64,000 nucleotides of DNA from Terriglobales bacterium (GCA_035651835.1 DASRFC010000065.1:11736-75735), one strand, 5' to 3'; shown: positions 9,162 to 18,025, numbered from the stretch's first letter. Translations and numbers: made by a program. Notes: generated by a model from the sequence alone, not told the origin.

Positions 9162-9941
9162 ATGTCCTTATCGACCGTAATCGTGGATGACGAGCAACTT
9201 GCTCGTGATGAGCTTGCTTATCTTTTAAAAGACATTGGAGAGATTGATGTCGTGGCGCAGGGAAAAAATGGCGTCGAGGCCGTAAATCTAATCCGCGAGC
9301 ACAACCCTGATCTCGTCTTTCTCGATGTGCAGATGCCTGGCCTCGATGGCTTTGGTGTAATTAAAAAATTACTCGACCGTAAACTTCCGCTGCCCAAGAT
9401 TGTCTTTGCCACGGCATTCGATCAGTATGCGGTCAAAGCTTTCGAAGTCAATGCCGTCGATTACCTGCTCAAGCCATTTGATAAAAAGCGTGTTGCCCAG
9501 TCCGTTCAGAAGGCTCGCGCCAAACTTGATCCTGAAGCTGCTTCTTCCGACAAATTAGAGACGCTGGTGCGGATGCTGGAATCACAGAAGCCGCAACCTT
9601 CCAAAATTCTGTTGAAGGCGGCGGGAAGACTATTTTTGGTTGATCAAAAAGACATCTGTTTTGCTTCGATTGAAGATGGGATTATCTCGGTTGCCACCAC
9701 CGGGCCGGTCAGCATGGAGGGCCAATCGAATTGCCGCACGCTTGAGGAATTGCTAGACAGTCTTGATCCCAATCTTTTCTGGCGCGCTCATCGTTCTTAT
9801 TTGGTAAATATCAACCGGATTAAAGAAGTTGTTCCCTGGTTCAAGAGCTCCTATCAACTACGTATGGACGACAAGAAGCAAACAGAGATTCCGGTAAGCC
9901 GGGCGCAAACCAAGCGATTACGGGAGCTTTTCGGACTGTAG
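9162..9941 (+). CDS. LytR/AlgR-family response regulator (REC + LytTR DNA-binding domain)
   Basis: 259 aa. The receiver carries VIVDDE, FLDVQMPG and DYLLKPF. The C-terminal LytTR part includes FWRAHRSYLVNINRIKEV. No kinase gene is adjacent. Confidence 0.88.
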   Translation: MSLSTVIVDDEQLARDELAYLLKDIGEIDVVAQGKNGVEAVNLIREHNPDLVFLDVQMPGLDGFGVIKKLLDRKLPLPKIVFATAFDQYAVKAFEVNAVDYLLKPFDKKRVAQSVQKARAKLDPEAASSDKLETLVRMLESQKPQPSKILLKAAGRLFLVDQKDICFASIEDGIISVATTGPVSMEGQSNCRTLEELLDSLDPNLFWRAHRSYLVNINRIKEVVPWFKSSYQLRMDDKKQTEIPVSRAQTKRLRELFGL

Positions 9942-9946
9942 GGGCC

Positions 9947-10168
9947 GCATGAGAGGGTTGGGGTAGTGCCGGCGGCGCATGGCATCTTCAAGCGATGCTG
10001 TCTTGGCCGTATTGTTTGCGAGGACGGTTGGCGGGATGGCGAGGGTAGGGGTGCTTCGACTCGTCCTTGCCTTTCGTGAACGAAAGACGCGGCCTTCGCT
10101 CAGCATGACAGGGTGGGGGGTGCGGTGTTATCGGCGCACGGCGTCTTGACGCGATGCTGTCTTGGCCG
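9947..10168. repeat. two imperfect ~63-66-bp direct repeats, 156 bp apart
   Basis: 9947-10009 reads gcatgagagggttggggtagtgccggcggcgcatggcatcttcaagcgatgctgtcttggccg. 10103-10168 reads gcatgacagggtggggggtgcggtgttatcggcgcacggcgtcttgacgcgatgctgtcttggccg. The last 21 nt are identical. A small hairpin ctttcg-tgaa-cgaaag lies between the copies. Confidence 0.7.
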
Positions 10169-10268
10169 AGCAGGCGATGCGGTCTTTCCCGTGCAGCCAA
10201 CGCGTTACAAAAGGAATGCCATCCTTTGCAGTTACGCTTGCATCTAACCGGCATCCTTCATAAGGTAA

Positions 10269-10583
10269 GTGTGGGCTGTTATTTTGCTAGCTAATTCTGC
10301 CGATTTACGACGCTGGTTCACCAAGGTCCTTCCCTTGGTGTGCGTTCTGCTGGTCGCGGTTAGCGGTTTTGCCCAGGCCATTCACGTACATCCAGATGAC
10401 TCAAGGCTACCCAGCCATGAGTGCTCGATTTGCTCTGTTGCGCATGCGGGAGTCATCGCCAGCGCAACTTACAATCCTTCTCCGGTATTTGTGCAGACGG
10501 AGCTTTTTGTTGCTCCCGACGCTATTCATCAATCATTAGGCTTCTCTTTTTCTCTCCGTATCCGCCCACCTCCTGCTGTTTAG
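10269..10583 (+). CDS. small membrane-anchored His/Cys-motif protein, unknown function
   Basis: 104-aa ORF with a GTG start. One hydrophobic helix (VLPLVCVLLVAVSGFAQAI) is followed by HVHPDDSRLPSHECSICSVAH. It lies 136 bp upstream of the TonB-dependent receptor gene on the same strand. Coding status is not proven. Confidence 0.4.
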   Translation: MWAVILLANSADLRRWFTKVLPLVCVLLVAVSGFAQAIHVHPDDSRLPSHECSICSVAHAGVIASATYNPSPVFVQTELFVAPDAIHQSLGFSFSLRIRPPPAV

Positions 10584-10719
10584 GTCTTGCCAAGCTGCAA
10601 CATATTTTGCGAATACATTTTTCCGAATACAGGTTGCAGCCATCGCGCCACCGGCTTTCTCTTTCTCCATTGGCGCGCAGCTTAAACATTCAGCCACACC
10701 CACGCGGGGCGGAGGACCA

Positions 10720-13353
10720 ATGTCCAAGAACTTTCTGCGGTTGTCGTCTTTTATTAATCTTGCTTTTTTCTTACTCACATTAAGCGTCATTTCAGGCTGG
10801 GCGCAATCTTCCGGCACCATTGAAGGAACCGTAACCGATCCTTCGGGTGCTGTGGTTCCGAACGCGCATGTAGAGATTCACAATCCAGTCAGCGGCTTTA
10901 ATAGATCCGCAATCACGGACAGTGCGGGGCGATTCAGCTTCCCGAACGTGCCTTACAACCCATATCACTTGTCGGTGACTGCGGAAGGATTCTCCTCAAC
11001 TGCTCAGGATGTAGAAGTTCGCTCCGGCGTTCCAGTTGAGGTCACCACCAGCCTTAAAGTTGCCGCGGAAGGTAACACCATAACGGTGGAAGGAGGCGGA
11101 GATTTAGTGGAGAACGATCCGACTTTTCATACCGACGTGGATCGCGATTTATTTCAAAAAATGCCGCTGGAAAGTGCATCTTCATCCTTGAGTTCGCTGG
11201 TTACGCTTGCAACGCCCGGCATTGCTGCCGATTCAAATGGTCTTTTCCACGGCCTCGGAGATCACGCGGAGAACTCCTTCTCTCTCGATGGCCAGCCCAT
11301 TACCGATCAACAAAGCAAGATCTTTTCTAACCAGATCCCTACTGACGCGGTGCAGTCGCTGGAGGTCATTTCCGGCGCACCACCAGCTGAATATGGGGAC
11401 AAGACTAGCGTCGTTATCAATGTGACTACGCGTTCCGGGCAAGGAGTTACAACGCCGCATGGAGCTGTAACGGCTTCGTATGGAAGCTTTGGAACTTCCA
11501 ATCTTGGCTTTAATTCGGCGTATGGAGGAAAGAATTGGGGGAATTACATTTCGCTAAATGTACTTAACAGCGGGCGGTTTCTGGATCCTCCAGAGTTTGT
11601 AGTAATGCATGACAAGGGGAATGAAGAGAACATATTTGACCGAGTCGATTATCAGTTTTCCAGCGCAGATTCTCTACACTTTAATTTCGGCTTTACGCGT
11701 TCCTGGTTCCAAACGCCGAATTCATTCGATGCACAAAACGCAACGGCATGGAATGGTGTCACCGTGAACCATGGTGGCTTGGATCCCAATGGCAATGTAG
11801 TTGGTCCCGCGGATCAGCGATCGCAAATTAAAACTTTTAACATTGCGCCATCCTGGACTCATTTACTTAGCCCAACTACTGTGTTCACGTTTGCCGCTTT
11901 CGTGCGGCGTGATCAATTCAATTACTACCCGAGCGACAATCCCTTTGCCGATCTCGCACCCGATTTACAAGCGCAAACCGTGGCTCAAGATCGAATCCTT
12001 ACCAACGCCGGCCTTCGCGCGGATATTTCTTACGTAAAGGGGATTCACAACATCAAGGCTGGCGCAACTTATCAGCAGACGTTTCTGGATGAACATGACC
12101 ACATTGGCATTGTTGATCCGACGTTCAATGACCCTGCAAGTTCGGGATTTAATCCGGTACTTGCGCCATACGATCTGACACGCGGAGGGACTCTATTTAC
12201 CTTCGATGGTCACACCGATGTGAAGGAACTCGGCGTTTACGTACAGGATTCGATCAACAAAGGAAACTGGTCGGCGAACTTGGGCGTGCGCGGCGACTTT
12301 TATAATGGCCTAACGACGCACAAAGAAGGAGAGCCACGTCTCGGCATCGCTTATAACATCAAGAAGACCAATACCGTTTTACGCGTCTCCTATGCTCGAA
12401 CCATGGAATCACCGTTCAACGAAAATCTTGTGCTCTCCAGCACCGGATGCAACAACGCCGTGCTGAATCCGTTGCTTGGCTGTCAAGGTGGATCAAGTGC
12501 ATTCAGTCCGGGATGGCGCAATGAATTCCACGCGGGAATTCAGCAAGCCTTCGGACGTTATGTGGTTTTCTCGGGAGAATACATCTGGAAGTACACACAT
12601 AATGCTTATGACTTCAGCGTATTGGGCGCCACTCCGATCACCTTTCCAATCGAATGGAGCCGCTCCAAAATTCCGGGATTTGCTGGTCGCGTGAGTGTGC
12701 CAAACTTCCACGGATTCTCGGCTCTAATGGTGTTCTCCAGCGTCGCCGCGCGCTTCTTCAATCCTCAAATTGGTGGAGCAGGTGCTACTGTAGCCACGGC
12801 AGGTGGTACTCCATTCCGAATTGATCACGACGAAAGGTTTAACCAGACAACTCACTTGCAGTATCAGCCTTGGAAAACTGGGCCATGGTTCGGATTTAAC
12901 TGGCGCTATGACAGCGGCTTGGTGGCTGGCGCTGTACCGTTTGCGGCATCAGCTAATCCGAGTGATCCGAGCTTCCTCGTTGACTTAAGCGGCCTCACAC
13001 CCGACCAGCAATTCCAGGCAGGACTTACTTGTAATGGCCAGAGAGCGACTCCCACTGTCGGTCTGCCATCATCCTGCCCAGGGTCGCAGCTTGGGTCAAG
13101 TCTGGTTCGGATACCGGCGCCGGGCACCGAGAATGACGACAGAAACCCGCCACGGATTGCGCCCCGCCATTTGTTTGATGTCGCAATTGGGCACGACAAT
13201 ATCTTCCATGGAGACAAATATAAATGGAATCTTCAACTCACAGCCATCAACATAACTAACCAATATTCGCTATATAACTTCTTGTCAACGTTCAGCGGCA
13301 CGCACTATGTGACGCCCAGAAGCTATACGGCTCAGCTGGGTTTTACTTTCTAG
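10720..13353 (+). CDS. TonB-dependent outer-membrane receptor with N-terminal carboxypeptidase-regulatory-like domain
   Basis: 877 aa. It has a signal peptide, then GTIEGTVTDPSGAVVPNAHVEIHNPVSGFNRSAITDSAGRFSFPNVPYNPYHLSV (CarboxypepD_reg). A plug-like region follows (DRDLFQKMP...LVTLATPGI), then a long beta-barrel ending in the aromatic terminus QLGFTF. Confidence 0.85.
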   Translation: MSKNFLRLSSFINLAFFLLTLSVISGWAQSSGTIEGTVTDPSGAVVPNAHVEIHNPVSGFNRSAITDSAGRFSFPNVPYNPYHLSVTAEGFSSTAQDVEVRSGVPVEVTTSLKVAAEGNTITVEGGGDLVENDPTFHTDVDRDLFQKMPLESASSSLSSLVTLATPGIAADSNGLFHGLGDHAENSFSLDGQPITDQQSKIFSNQIPTDAVQSLEVISGAPPAEYGDKTSVVINVTTRSGQGVTTPHGAVTASYGSFGTSNLGFNSAYGGKNWGNYISLNVLNSGRFLDPPEFVVMHDKGNEENIFDRVDYQFSSADSLHFNFGFTRSWFQTPNSFDAQNATAWNGVTVNHGGLDPNGNVVGPADQRSQIKTFNIAPSWTHLLSPTTVFTFAAFVRRDQFNYYPSDNPFADLAPDLQAQTVAQDRILTNAGLRADISYVKGIHNIKAGATYQQTFLDEHDHIGIVDPTFNDPASSGFNPVLAPYDLTRGGTLFTFDGHTDVKELGVYVQDSINKGNWSANLGVRGDFYNGLTTHKEGEPRLGIAYNIKKTNTVLRVSYARTMESPFNENLVLSSTGCNNAVLNPLLGCQGGSSAFSPGWRNEFHAGIQQAFGRYVVFSGEYIWKYTHNAYDFSVLGATPITFPIEWSRSKIPGFAGRVSVPNFHGFSALMVFSSVAARFFNPQIGGAGATVATAGGTPFRIDHDERFNQTTHLQYQPWKTGPWFGFNWRYDSGLVAGAVPFAASANPSDPSFLVDLSGLTPDQQFQAGLTCNGQRATPTVGLPSSCPGSQLGSSLVRIPAPGTENDDRNPPRIAPRHLFDVAIGHDNIFHGDKYKWNLQLTAINITNQYSLYNFLSTFSGTHYVTPRSYTAQLGFTF

Positions 13354-13366
13354 TGATCACATGAAT

Positions 13367-13392
13367 CCGGAGGGATGACAGCATTCCTCCGG
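13367..13392. terminator. hairpin between convergent receptor and Crp/Fnr genes (weak bidirectional terminator candidate)
   Basis: ccggagg-N12-cctccgg is followed by tttaaaaaa. The stem is only 7 bp and the U-tract is short. Confidence 0.4.
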
Positions 13393-13433
13393 TTTAAAAA
13401 ACATTCATAAGCATTAATGTTGCGTTATCAGGT

Positions 13434-14567
13434 TCAGGCCGCAAGAGCTTCCAGGGCATTCCGGTTTCTGATCACCAGCGTTGGGCCGTCCAGCCGGATA
13501 AATTCCTTCCTCTTTAAATCACTTAACAGTCGAGTGACTGTCTCCCGCGACGAACCAATCATCTGGGCCATCTCTTCATGCGTGAGGCTGGATCGTATAC
13601 GAACTTCGGATGCAATACTGTCCCGGTCGCTTCCGGACATCCAGGAGAGCAGCAATCGGGCGAGCTTTCCCGCTGAAGATCGAGCGAGGACTAGATCATG
13701 AATGTCGCGGTACGCGGATTGGAACTCTCTACTTAAAGCCTGAGCAGAGTGAAGACCCAACTCTCCACTTTTTTCCATGAGACGCAGCAGTGGTTCCCGA
13801 TCCACAAAATTCACCTGGCACGGAGCAACCGTCTCAGCAGTCACCTCGTAGGGTTCTCCCGCGACAACAGCGCTAAGACCCAACACTTCCCCAGCCTCAG
13901 CAATTTTAAGAATGAGAACCTTGCCGTCTCTGGAAGTTGTAAAGAGCTTGACCTTACCGGAGCACAGAACAAAAGCGCCTCGCGGCATCTGTCCTTCTAC
14001 AAATAAAAGAGCGCCGCTGGGATAAGTGCTGAGGTGACTCGCAGCATTAAATGGCTTCAGCACATCCGGAGAAAGGCGGCAGAACCAACGGTCTTTATGC
14101 AACTTGCAGGTCAGACAACTTTCCGCTGTATCAAGGCTGTATGGAATATTCATTTCTCTCACCTCTCCGGTCATAGAACCGAAAGCCTGACGGCTATAAC
14201 GAGTTTCGTTTTCGTTAATCTTTGTTCTAGTGCGCCGCAAGTCGCGCACCAGCAAGTGTGCGTTTTCTGTAGTTGCAAGCATCGCTGCCGCTACGCCTCT
14301 TACGTTGCGATCACGCGATCTCAATCCATGAATTAATTCCCAGCCAGCGCCGGTATCCCCTTTTGCATGCCACTGAATGCTGCAGCCAAATAGATAAAGC
14401 GGGTCTATCGACTCGAGGGCTTGCGTCCGGACGGAAATACCACGCCGACTTCTCAACCAATTCGCTAGCCCGGAACCAGCAACGGCTACTTTCGGAATTG
14501 GGGTCGTTAAAATCTCAGGATGCTTAAGGGGCAAAACTGCCGGTGCGCTGAAACCATCCACTCGCAT
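13434..14567 (-). CDS. Crp/Fnr-family transcriptional regulator with ~140-aa N-terminal extension
   Basis: 377 aa. The C-terminal 230 aa form a cNMP-binding-like barrel (GALLFVEGQMPRGAFVLCSGKVKL) plus a Crp-type HTH (LTHEEMAQMIGSSRETVTRLLSDLKRKEFI). The N-terminal part contains a HEAT-like stretch LIHGLRSRDRNVRGVAAAMLATTEN. An alternative internal start is Met139 at 14153, which has an upstream GGAGAGG. Confidence 0.8.
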   Translation of the reverse strand: MRVDGFSAPAVLPLKHPEILTTPIPKVAVAGSGLANWLRSRRGISVRTQALESIDPLYLFGCSIQWHAKGDTGAGWELIHGLRSRDRNVRGVAAAMLATTENAHLLVRDLRRTRTKINENETRYSRQAFGSMTGEVREMNIPYSLDTAESCLTCKLHKDRWFCRLSPDVLKPFNAASHLSTYPSGALLFVEGQMPRGAFVLCSGKVKLFTTSRDGKVLILKIAEAGEVLGLSAVVAGEPYEVTAETVAPCQVNFVDREPLLRLMEKSGELGLHSAQALSREFQSAYRDIHDLVLARSSAGKLARLLLSWMSGSDRDSIASEVRIRSSLTHEEMAQMIGSSRETVTRLLSDLKRKEFIRLDGPTLVIRNRNALEALAA

Positions 14568-14952
14568 AATTCTCCTTGTCGGAGCTCCGGGCTTAGTTGC
14601 AGCAAGGCAAGATGGCAGTTATAGAGCCAAATACCGGAATAGCTAAGTGGCTGAATTCATAGGAAGAAAATTACTTTTCGGGTTAAAGTTAAGTTTTTTG
14701 TGACGTGAAAGCGGCAGGTGCCGAGGAGTCGGCGCATTAGGGTAAAAACATGCCTGCCAACTACATGGGTCCGCATCACCCTGGGCTGCTCAAATAACAG
14801 TAAAGATGCGATAAGAAATCGGTCGTTAGCATGCCCCTGAGCAATTGAGGCCAAACCAGGAAGGGACTAGTTGCTAGTGCTATGTCATCAAAATCACGTA
14901 AACTGGCGCCTAATTGATGCCGAAGACCTGGCACTATGAGTAATAGAGAAGA

Positions 14953-17034
14953 TCAGTCCACGTAGTCGTGACGTGAAATTCCCAGCTTCAGCATTCTGGA
15001 TTGCAGGGTTGTGCGCTTTAACCCTAAACGCACAGCAGCGCCACGTGCACCAGCAATGACTCCGCCAGTTTCGCGCAACACCCTAACAATGAACGCACGC
15101 TCCATACTCTCTAAGGTCCCATCAATTTCCGATTCGAGATCGCTATCTCTCAACTCCGCGAGAGGAACATTGAGGACAGGGCCTTCTGTAAGAATGACGG
15201 AGCGTTCGACAAAATTCTCGAGTTCCCTAACATTTCCTGGCCACTCCCATCGAATCAAAGCATTCATGGTCTCGGTGGGAATGGTGTCGATTCGCTTATT
15301 CATCTTACGAGAAAGTTTTTGAACGAAGTAGCGCACTAGCAACGGGATGTCTTGAGGACGCTCGCGTAAAGCGGGCGTGTGAATTGGAAAAACATTTAGC
15401 CGATAATAAAGATCGCTGCGAAATTCGTGGGCCGCAACGGCCTCAGCCAAATTGCGATTAGTGGCAGCAACAAGGCGGATATTCACATGGATGGTGCGAT
15501 TGCCGCCCAATCTTTCAAACTCTTGATCCTGCAATACTCGAAGTAACTTTGGTTGCAATTCCGGAGGAATATCGCCCACTTCATCTAAAAACAGCGTGCC
15601 CTTGTCGGCTAACTCCAGACGCCCGATTTTTTGGGTTACTGCGCCGGTAAATGCCCCCTTTTCATGTCCGAATAATTCGCTTTCCAGTAAGCCGGTGGGA
15701 ATGGCAGCGCAATTTAGCTTGATAAAGCTATTATTTTTTCTGGAACTCAGACGATGAATGGCACGAGCTATGAGTTCTTTCCCGGTTCCGGTCTCTCCCA
15801 GAATGAGGGCGGTAGCATCGCTGGGCGCAACTGTCTTCACCTGACTTAAGACTCGTTTCAGAACGGGGCTTTCGCCAATAATTTCTTCAAAATTTAATTC
15901 ATTGCGAATTTCATCTTGCAGGTAAAGCTTCTCTTTTTTTAGTTTGTCGGTAAGTTCGGCAATTTCGTTATATGCTTTGGCGTTGTCCCAAGCGACTGCA
16001 ATCTGAGCGGCCAGCTGATTTAGAAATCCAATATCCTGTCTCAGAAAAGCAGCATCTCGCATACTTGCCAGATTCAGAGTTCCAAGCACTCCTTTGCCGG
16101 TAATCAGTGGCATGCAACATAATGATCGAAATCCCTGTTGCAGAAACTCGGCATTATGTTTATTCCGGTTTCGAACCATATCCTGATAATTAACAATGTG
16201 CGTTTCCCGGCTCAGAAATGCCGGTCCAGCCGCTATGGTTTCTTCTAATGGAATTACCAAGTCAGGACCCATCGGATAGAAACCTACAAAGCCTTTGGCG
16301 AATGGCAAATCCAGCATGTGTACTTGAAAGGAATTCGTGGGTTTATCGTAAAGAGACAAGCTCGCGTAATCGTGTCCGACCACGCGGCGAATGCTGGCTG
16401 AAATTTCCCGGAATAATTCCTCAGGCTTGCGGTTAGAAACAAGCACCTTACCAACATTTAATAAGGCATGAAAGCGGTCCTTTTCTCTTTGCAGAGCTGC
16501 GCGCGTGAGAGCATTCTCAACTGCCAGTGCAACGAGGTCTGCAACCCTGAGCAGTAGCTGCATATCTTCACCTTCGTAAGCGCCAGGCTTTCTGCTTCCA
16601 ATTCCTATGGTCCCCAAACGTCTTTGGGAAGTAGTCATAGGGACAGTGCAATAGGACTCGAGACCTCTTTTGTTTAACCAATCCAGAGCTTTGGGAAAGC
16701 AAGGAGTATCGAGGGTCTGCTCGGGAACGATCAATGGCTTCTGGTTTTTCCATACCCAACCGCTCAGGGATTCGTGCGTGGGAGCCTCTGCCAAAGTGAT
16801 GGCGGGCGCGGAGCTTTGCCAGGTGTGGACCCACATGGCATCTTTAGCGGGATCATGCAGGGCAAAACTGGCAGTTTCAAACGCAGCCAAGCTTTGCAAC
16901 CGATCGGCCAGATCGCTGAAAAGGTCTGTCACATCTCGATGGTCGACCATAAGGTCGGCCACTTGCATTAATGTTTCGTAGCGCCTTAACGCTCCGGCAG
17001 ACTCTTTTGACGGAATATCATTTTCTGTTTGCAC
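14953..17034 (-). CDS. sigma-54-dependent transcriptional activator, GAF-GAF-AAA+-Fis HTH architecture
   Basis: 693 aa. Two GAF-like regions precede GETGTGKELIARAIH (Walker A), ESELFGHEKGAFTGA (GAFTGA loop), FLDEVGD (Walker B) and WPGNVRELEN. The C-terminal HTH is AAVRLGLKRTTLQSRMLKLGI. Confidence 0.9.
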   Translation of the reverse strand: MQTENDIPSKESAGALRRYETLMQVADLMVDHRDVTDLFSDLADRLQSLAAFETASFALHDPAKDAMWVHTWQSSAPAITLAEAPTHESLSGWVWKNQKPLIVPEQTLDTPCFPKALDWLNKRGLESYCTVPMTTSQRRLGTIGIGSRKPGAYEGEDMQLLLRVADLVALAVENALTRAALQREKDRFHALLNVGKVLVSNRKPEELFREISASIRRVVGHDYASLSLYDKPTNSFQVHMLDLPFAKGFVGFYPMGPDLVIPLEETIAAGPAFLSRETHIVNYQDMVRNRNKHNAEFLQQGFRSLCCMPLITGKGVLGTLNLASMRDAAFLRQDIGFLNQLAAQIAVAWDNAKAYNEIAELTDKLKKEKLYLQDEIRNELNFEEIIGESPVLKRVLSQVKTVAPSDATALILGETGTGKELIARAIHRLSSRKNNSFIKLNCAAIPTGLLESELFGHEKGAFTGAVTQKIGRLELADKGTLFLDEVGDIPPELQPKLLRVLQDQEFERLGGNRTIHVNIRLVAATNRNLAEAVAAHEFRSDLYYRLNVFPIHTPALRERPQDIPLLVRYFVQKLSRKMNKRIDTIPTETMNALIRWEWPGNVRELENFVERSVILTEGPVLNVPLAELRDSDLESEIDGTLESMERAFIVRVLRETGGVIAGARGAAVRLGLKRTTLQSRMLKLGISRHDYVD

Positions 17035-17172
17035 GAGTCAACAACTTTACTCCCCCTCGGGCAAAAACCTATTTAACTTACGTCTCAACTATTACGGCGG
17101 ATCATATACCAAAAAACCGGACGTGCAAGCTTTATTTTATTTTTTTGTCACGATTATGACTCTTTATAGTTC

Positions 17173-17190
17173 CCGTAATCAGAATTACGG
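17173..17190. other. perfect 7-bp/4-nt hairpin ccgtaat-caga-attacgg
   Basis: Read directly in the 311-bp spacer between the activator gene (minus strand) and the small ORF at 17346 (plus strand). Confidence 0.5.
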
Positions 17191-17229
17191 ACTAACAGCT
17201 ATAACAATCTGCACCACAGAAAGACAGAA

Positions 17230-17247
17230 ATGGCACTTCTGTGCCAT
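17230..17247. promoter_or_regulatory. perfect palindrome ATGGCAC-ttct-GTGCCAT (candidate regulator site or hairpin)
   Basis: Read directly, 99 nt upstream of the ATG at 17346. It contains the TGGCAC hexamer but lacks a correctly spaced -12 GC. Confidence 0.45.
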
Positions 17248-17345
17248 GTCAGGGACAATTAATGCTGCGAAGCTTTCCCTTATTCCTGATAAAACTGCTT
17301 AATCTTGAAACGAAGTTCGATGTTTGGAATTCGTATAATGTTCCT

Positions 17346-17588
17346 ATGGCACGAGGCTGGGAGAGTAAGTCGGTCGAGGAGCAACAATCCGAAGCGATCT
17401 CTTCGAAAGATAAATCGCTAAAGGCACTCACTCCCGAAGAGGCCAACCGCAAACGATTAATAGATGGTTTGGAGTTGAAACGAAAAGCGGTTCTTCAACA
17501 AATGCAAGCTGCCAAGAATCCACAGCATCGTAAGATGCTGGAAGGCGCACTCGCGGATTTGGATGGAAAACTCGCCAAATTGCGCTGA
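17346..17588 (+). CDS. small conserved-looking hypothetical protein (coiled-coil, Lys/Glu-rich)
   Basis: Track ORF 17241..17588, trimmed to Met36. The product reads MARGWESKSVEEQQSEAI...LADLDGKLAKLR (80 aa). The N-terminal MARGWESKSVE looks like a conserved small-protein N-terminus I recall from other soil bacteria; that recollection is unverified. Confidence 0.5.
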   Translation: MARGWESKSVEEQQSEAISSKDKSLKALTPEEANRKRLIDGLELKRKAVLQQMQAAKNPQHRKMLEGALADLDGKLAKLR

Positions 17589-17667
17589 TCCTGTCATACG
17601 AACCCCCACCCGGTTACTGGAAGTCCGTACCTTGGTCACCTCCTAACGTATAATATGCTTTACCCCT

Positions 17668-17913
17668 ATGAAAGCTTACGTGTACGTTTCTCTTAAGAAG
17701 AGTGTTTTGGACCCGCAGGGCAAAACGATCCAAGGCGCTCTCAAAAAAATGGGTTATAAGGGGTTAGAGGAAGTCCGCCAAGGAAAGTATTTCGAGCTCA
17801 CTTTGGACGGCGGACTGAATTATGCCGAAGCAGAAGCAGAAGTTGGACGCATCGCTCGCGAAGTTCTTACGAATCCTGTGATCGAAGATTTTCGCTTCTC
17901 GCTTGAGGAGTAG
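17668..17913 (+). CDS. purS: phosphoribosylformylglycinamidine synthase subunit PurS
   Basis: 81 aa. MKAYVYVSLKKSVLDPQGKTIQGALKKMGY...VRQGKYFELTLD matches the PurS length and pattern. Confidence 0.88.
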   Translation: MKAYVYVSLKKSVLDPQGKTIQGALKKMGYKGLEEVRQGKYFELTLDGGLNYAEAEAEVGRIAREVLTNPVIEDFRFSLEE

Positions 17914-18025
17914 CTGAGTGTTCGCGATCTTCTTCGCACGATTTGAATGTGATCAATTCCACAATCGATCTGCCGGCAAGTAAATACTTTCTCGGTTCCT
18001 TCCCACCGATCCTGGAGTTAACAAC

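Noticed and set aside
9947-10168. The direct repeats as a CRISPR array
   Set aside because: There are only two copies, they are imperfect (~80 percent identity) and ~65 bp long, and no cas genes are present. That is inconsistent with CRISPR.
14883-14898. TGTCA-tcaaaa-TCACG as a Crp/Fnr-type operator for the adjacent Crp/Fnr gene
   Set aside because: It matches only 8 of 10 positions of TGTGA-N6-TCACA. It lies ~320 nt from the long start codon, next to the 3' end of the upstream gene, and there is no second line of evidence.
14953-17034. Calling the 693-aa GAF-GAF activator an FhlA orthologue
   Set aside because: The architecture and length resemble E. coli FhlA. However, no formate-hydrogenlyase or hydrogenase genes are nearby, and GAF-GAF activators are diverse, so only the family-level call is justified.
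17231-17245. TGGCAC-ttctg-TGCC read as a sigma-54 promoter upstream of the small ORF at 17346
   Set aside because: GG and GC are separated by 9 nt, not the invariant 10. The sequence is also a perfect palindrome, which fits a protein-binding site or hairpin better than a promoter.
17333-17338. A TATAAT box 7 nt before the ATG at 17346 (and TAATAT 7 nt before the trpD ATG at 2775) as evidence for leaderless mRNAs
   Set aside because: No acceptable -35 element sits at 16-18 nt spacing in either case, and AT-rich hexamers are expected by chance in these spacers. This cannot be supported without start-site data.
17914-18025. A glmS ribozyme in the leader of glmS
   Set aside because: The 112-nt leader shows none of the conserved glmS ribozyme core sequences or pseudoknot-forming segments that I can recognise.
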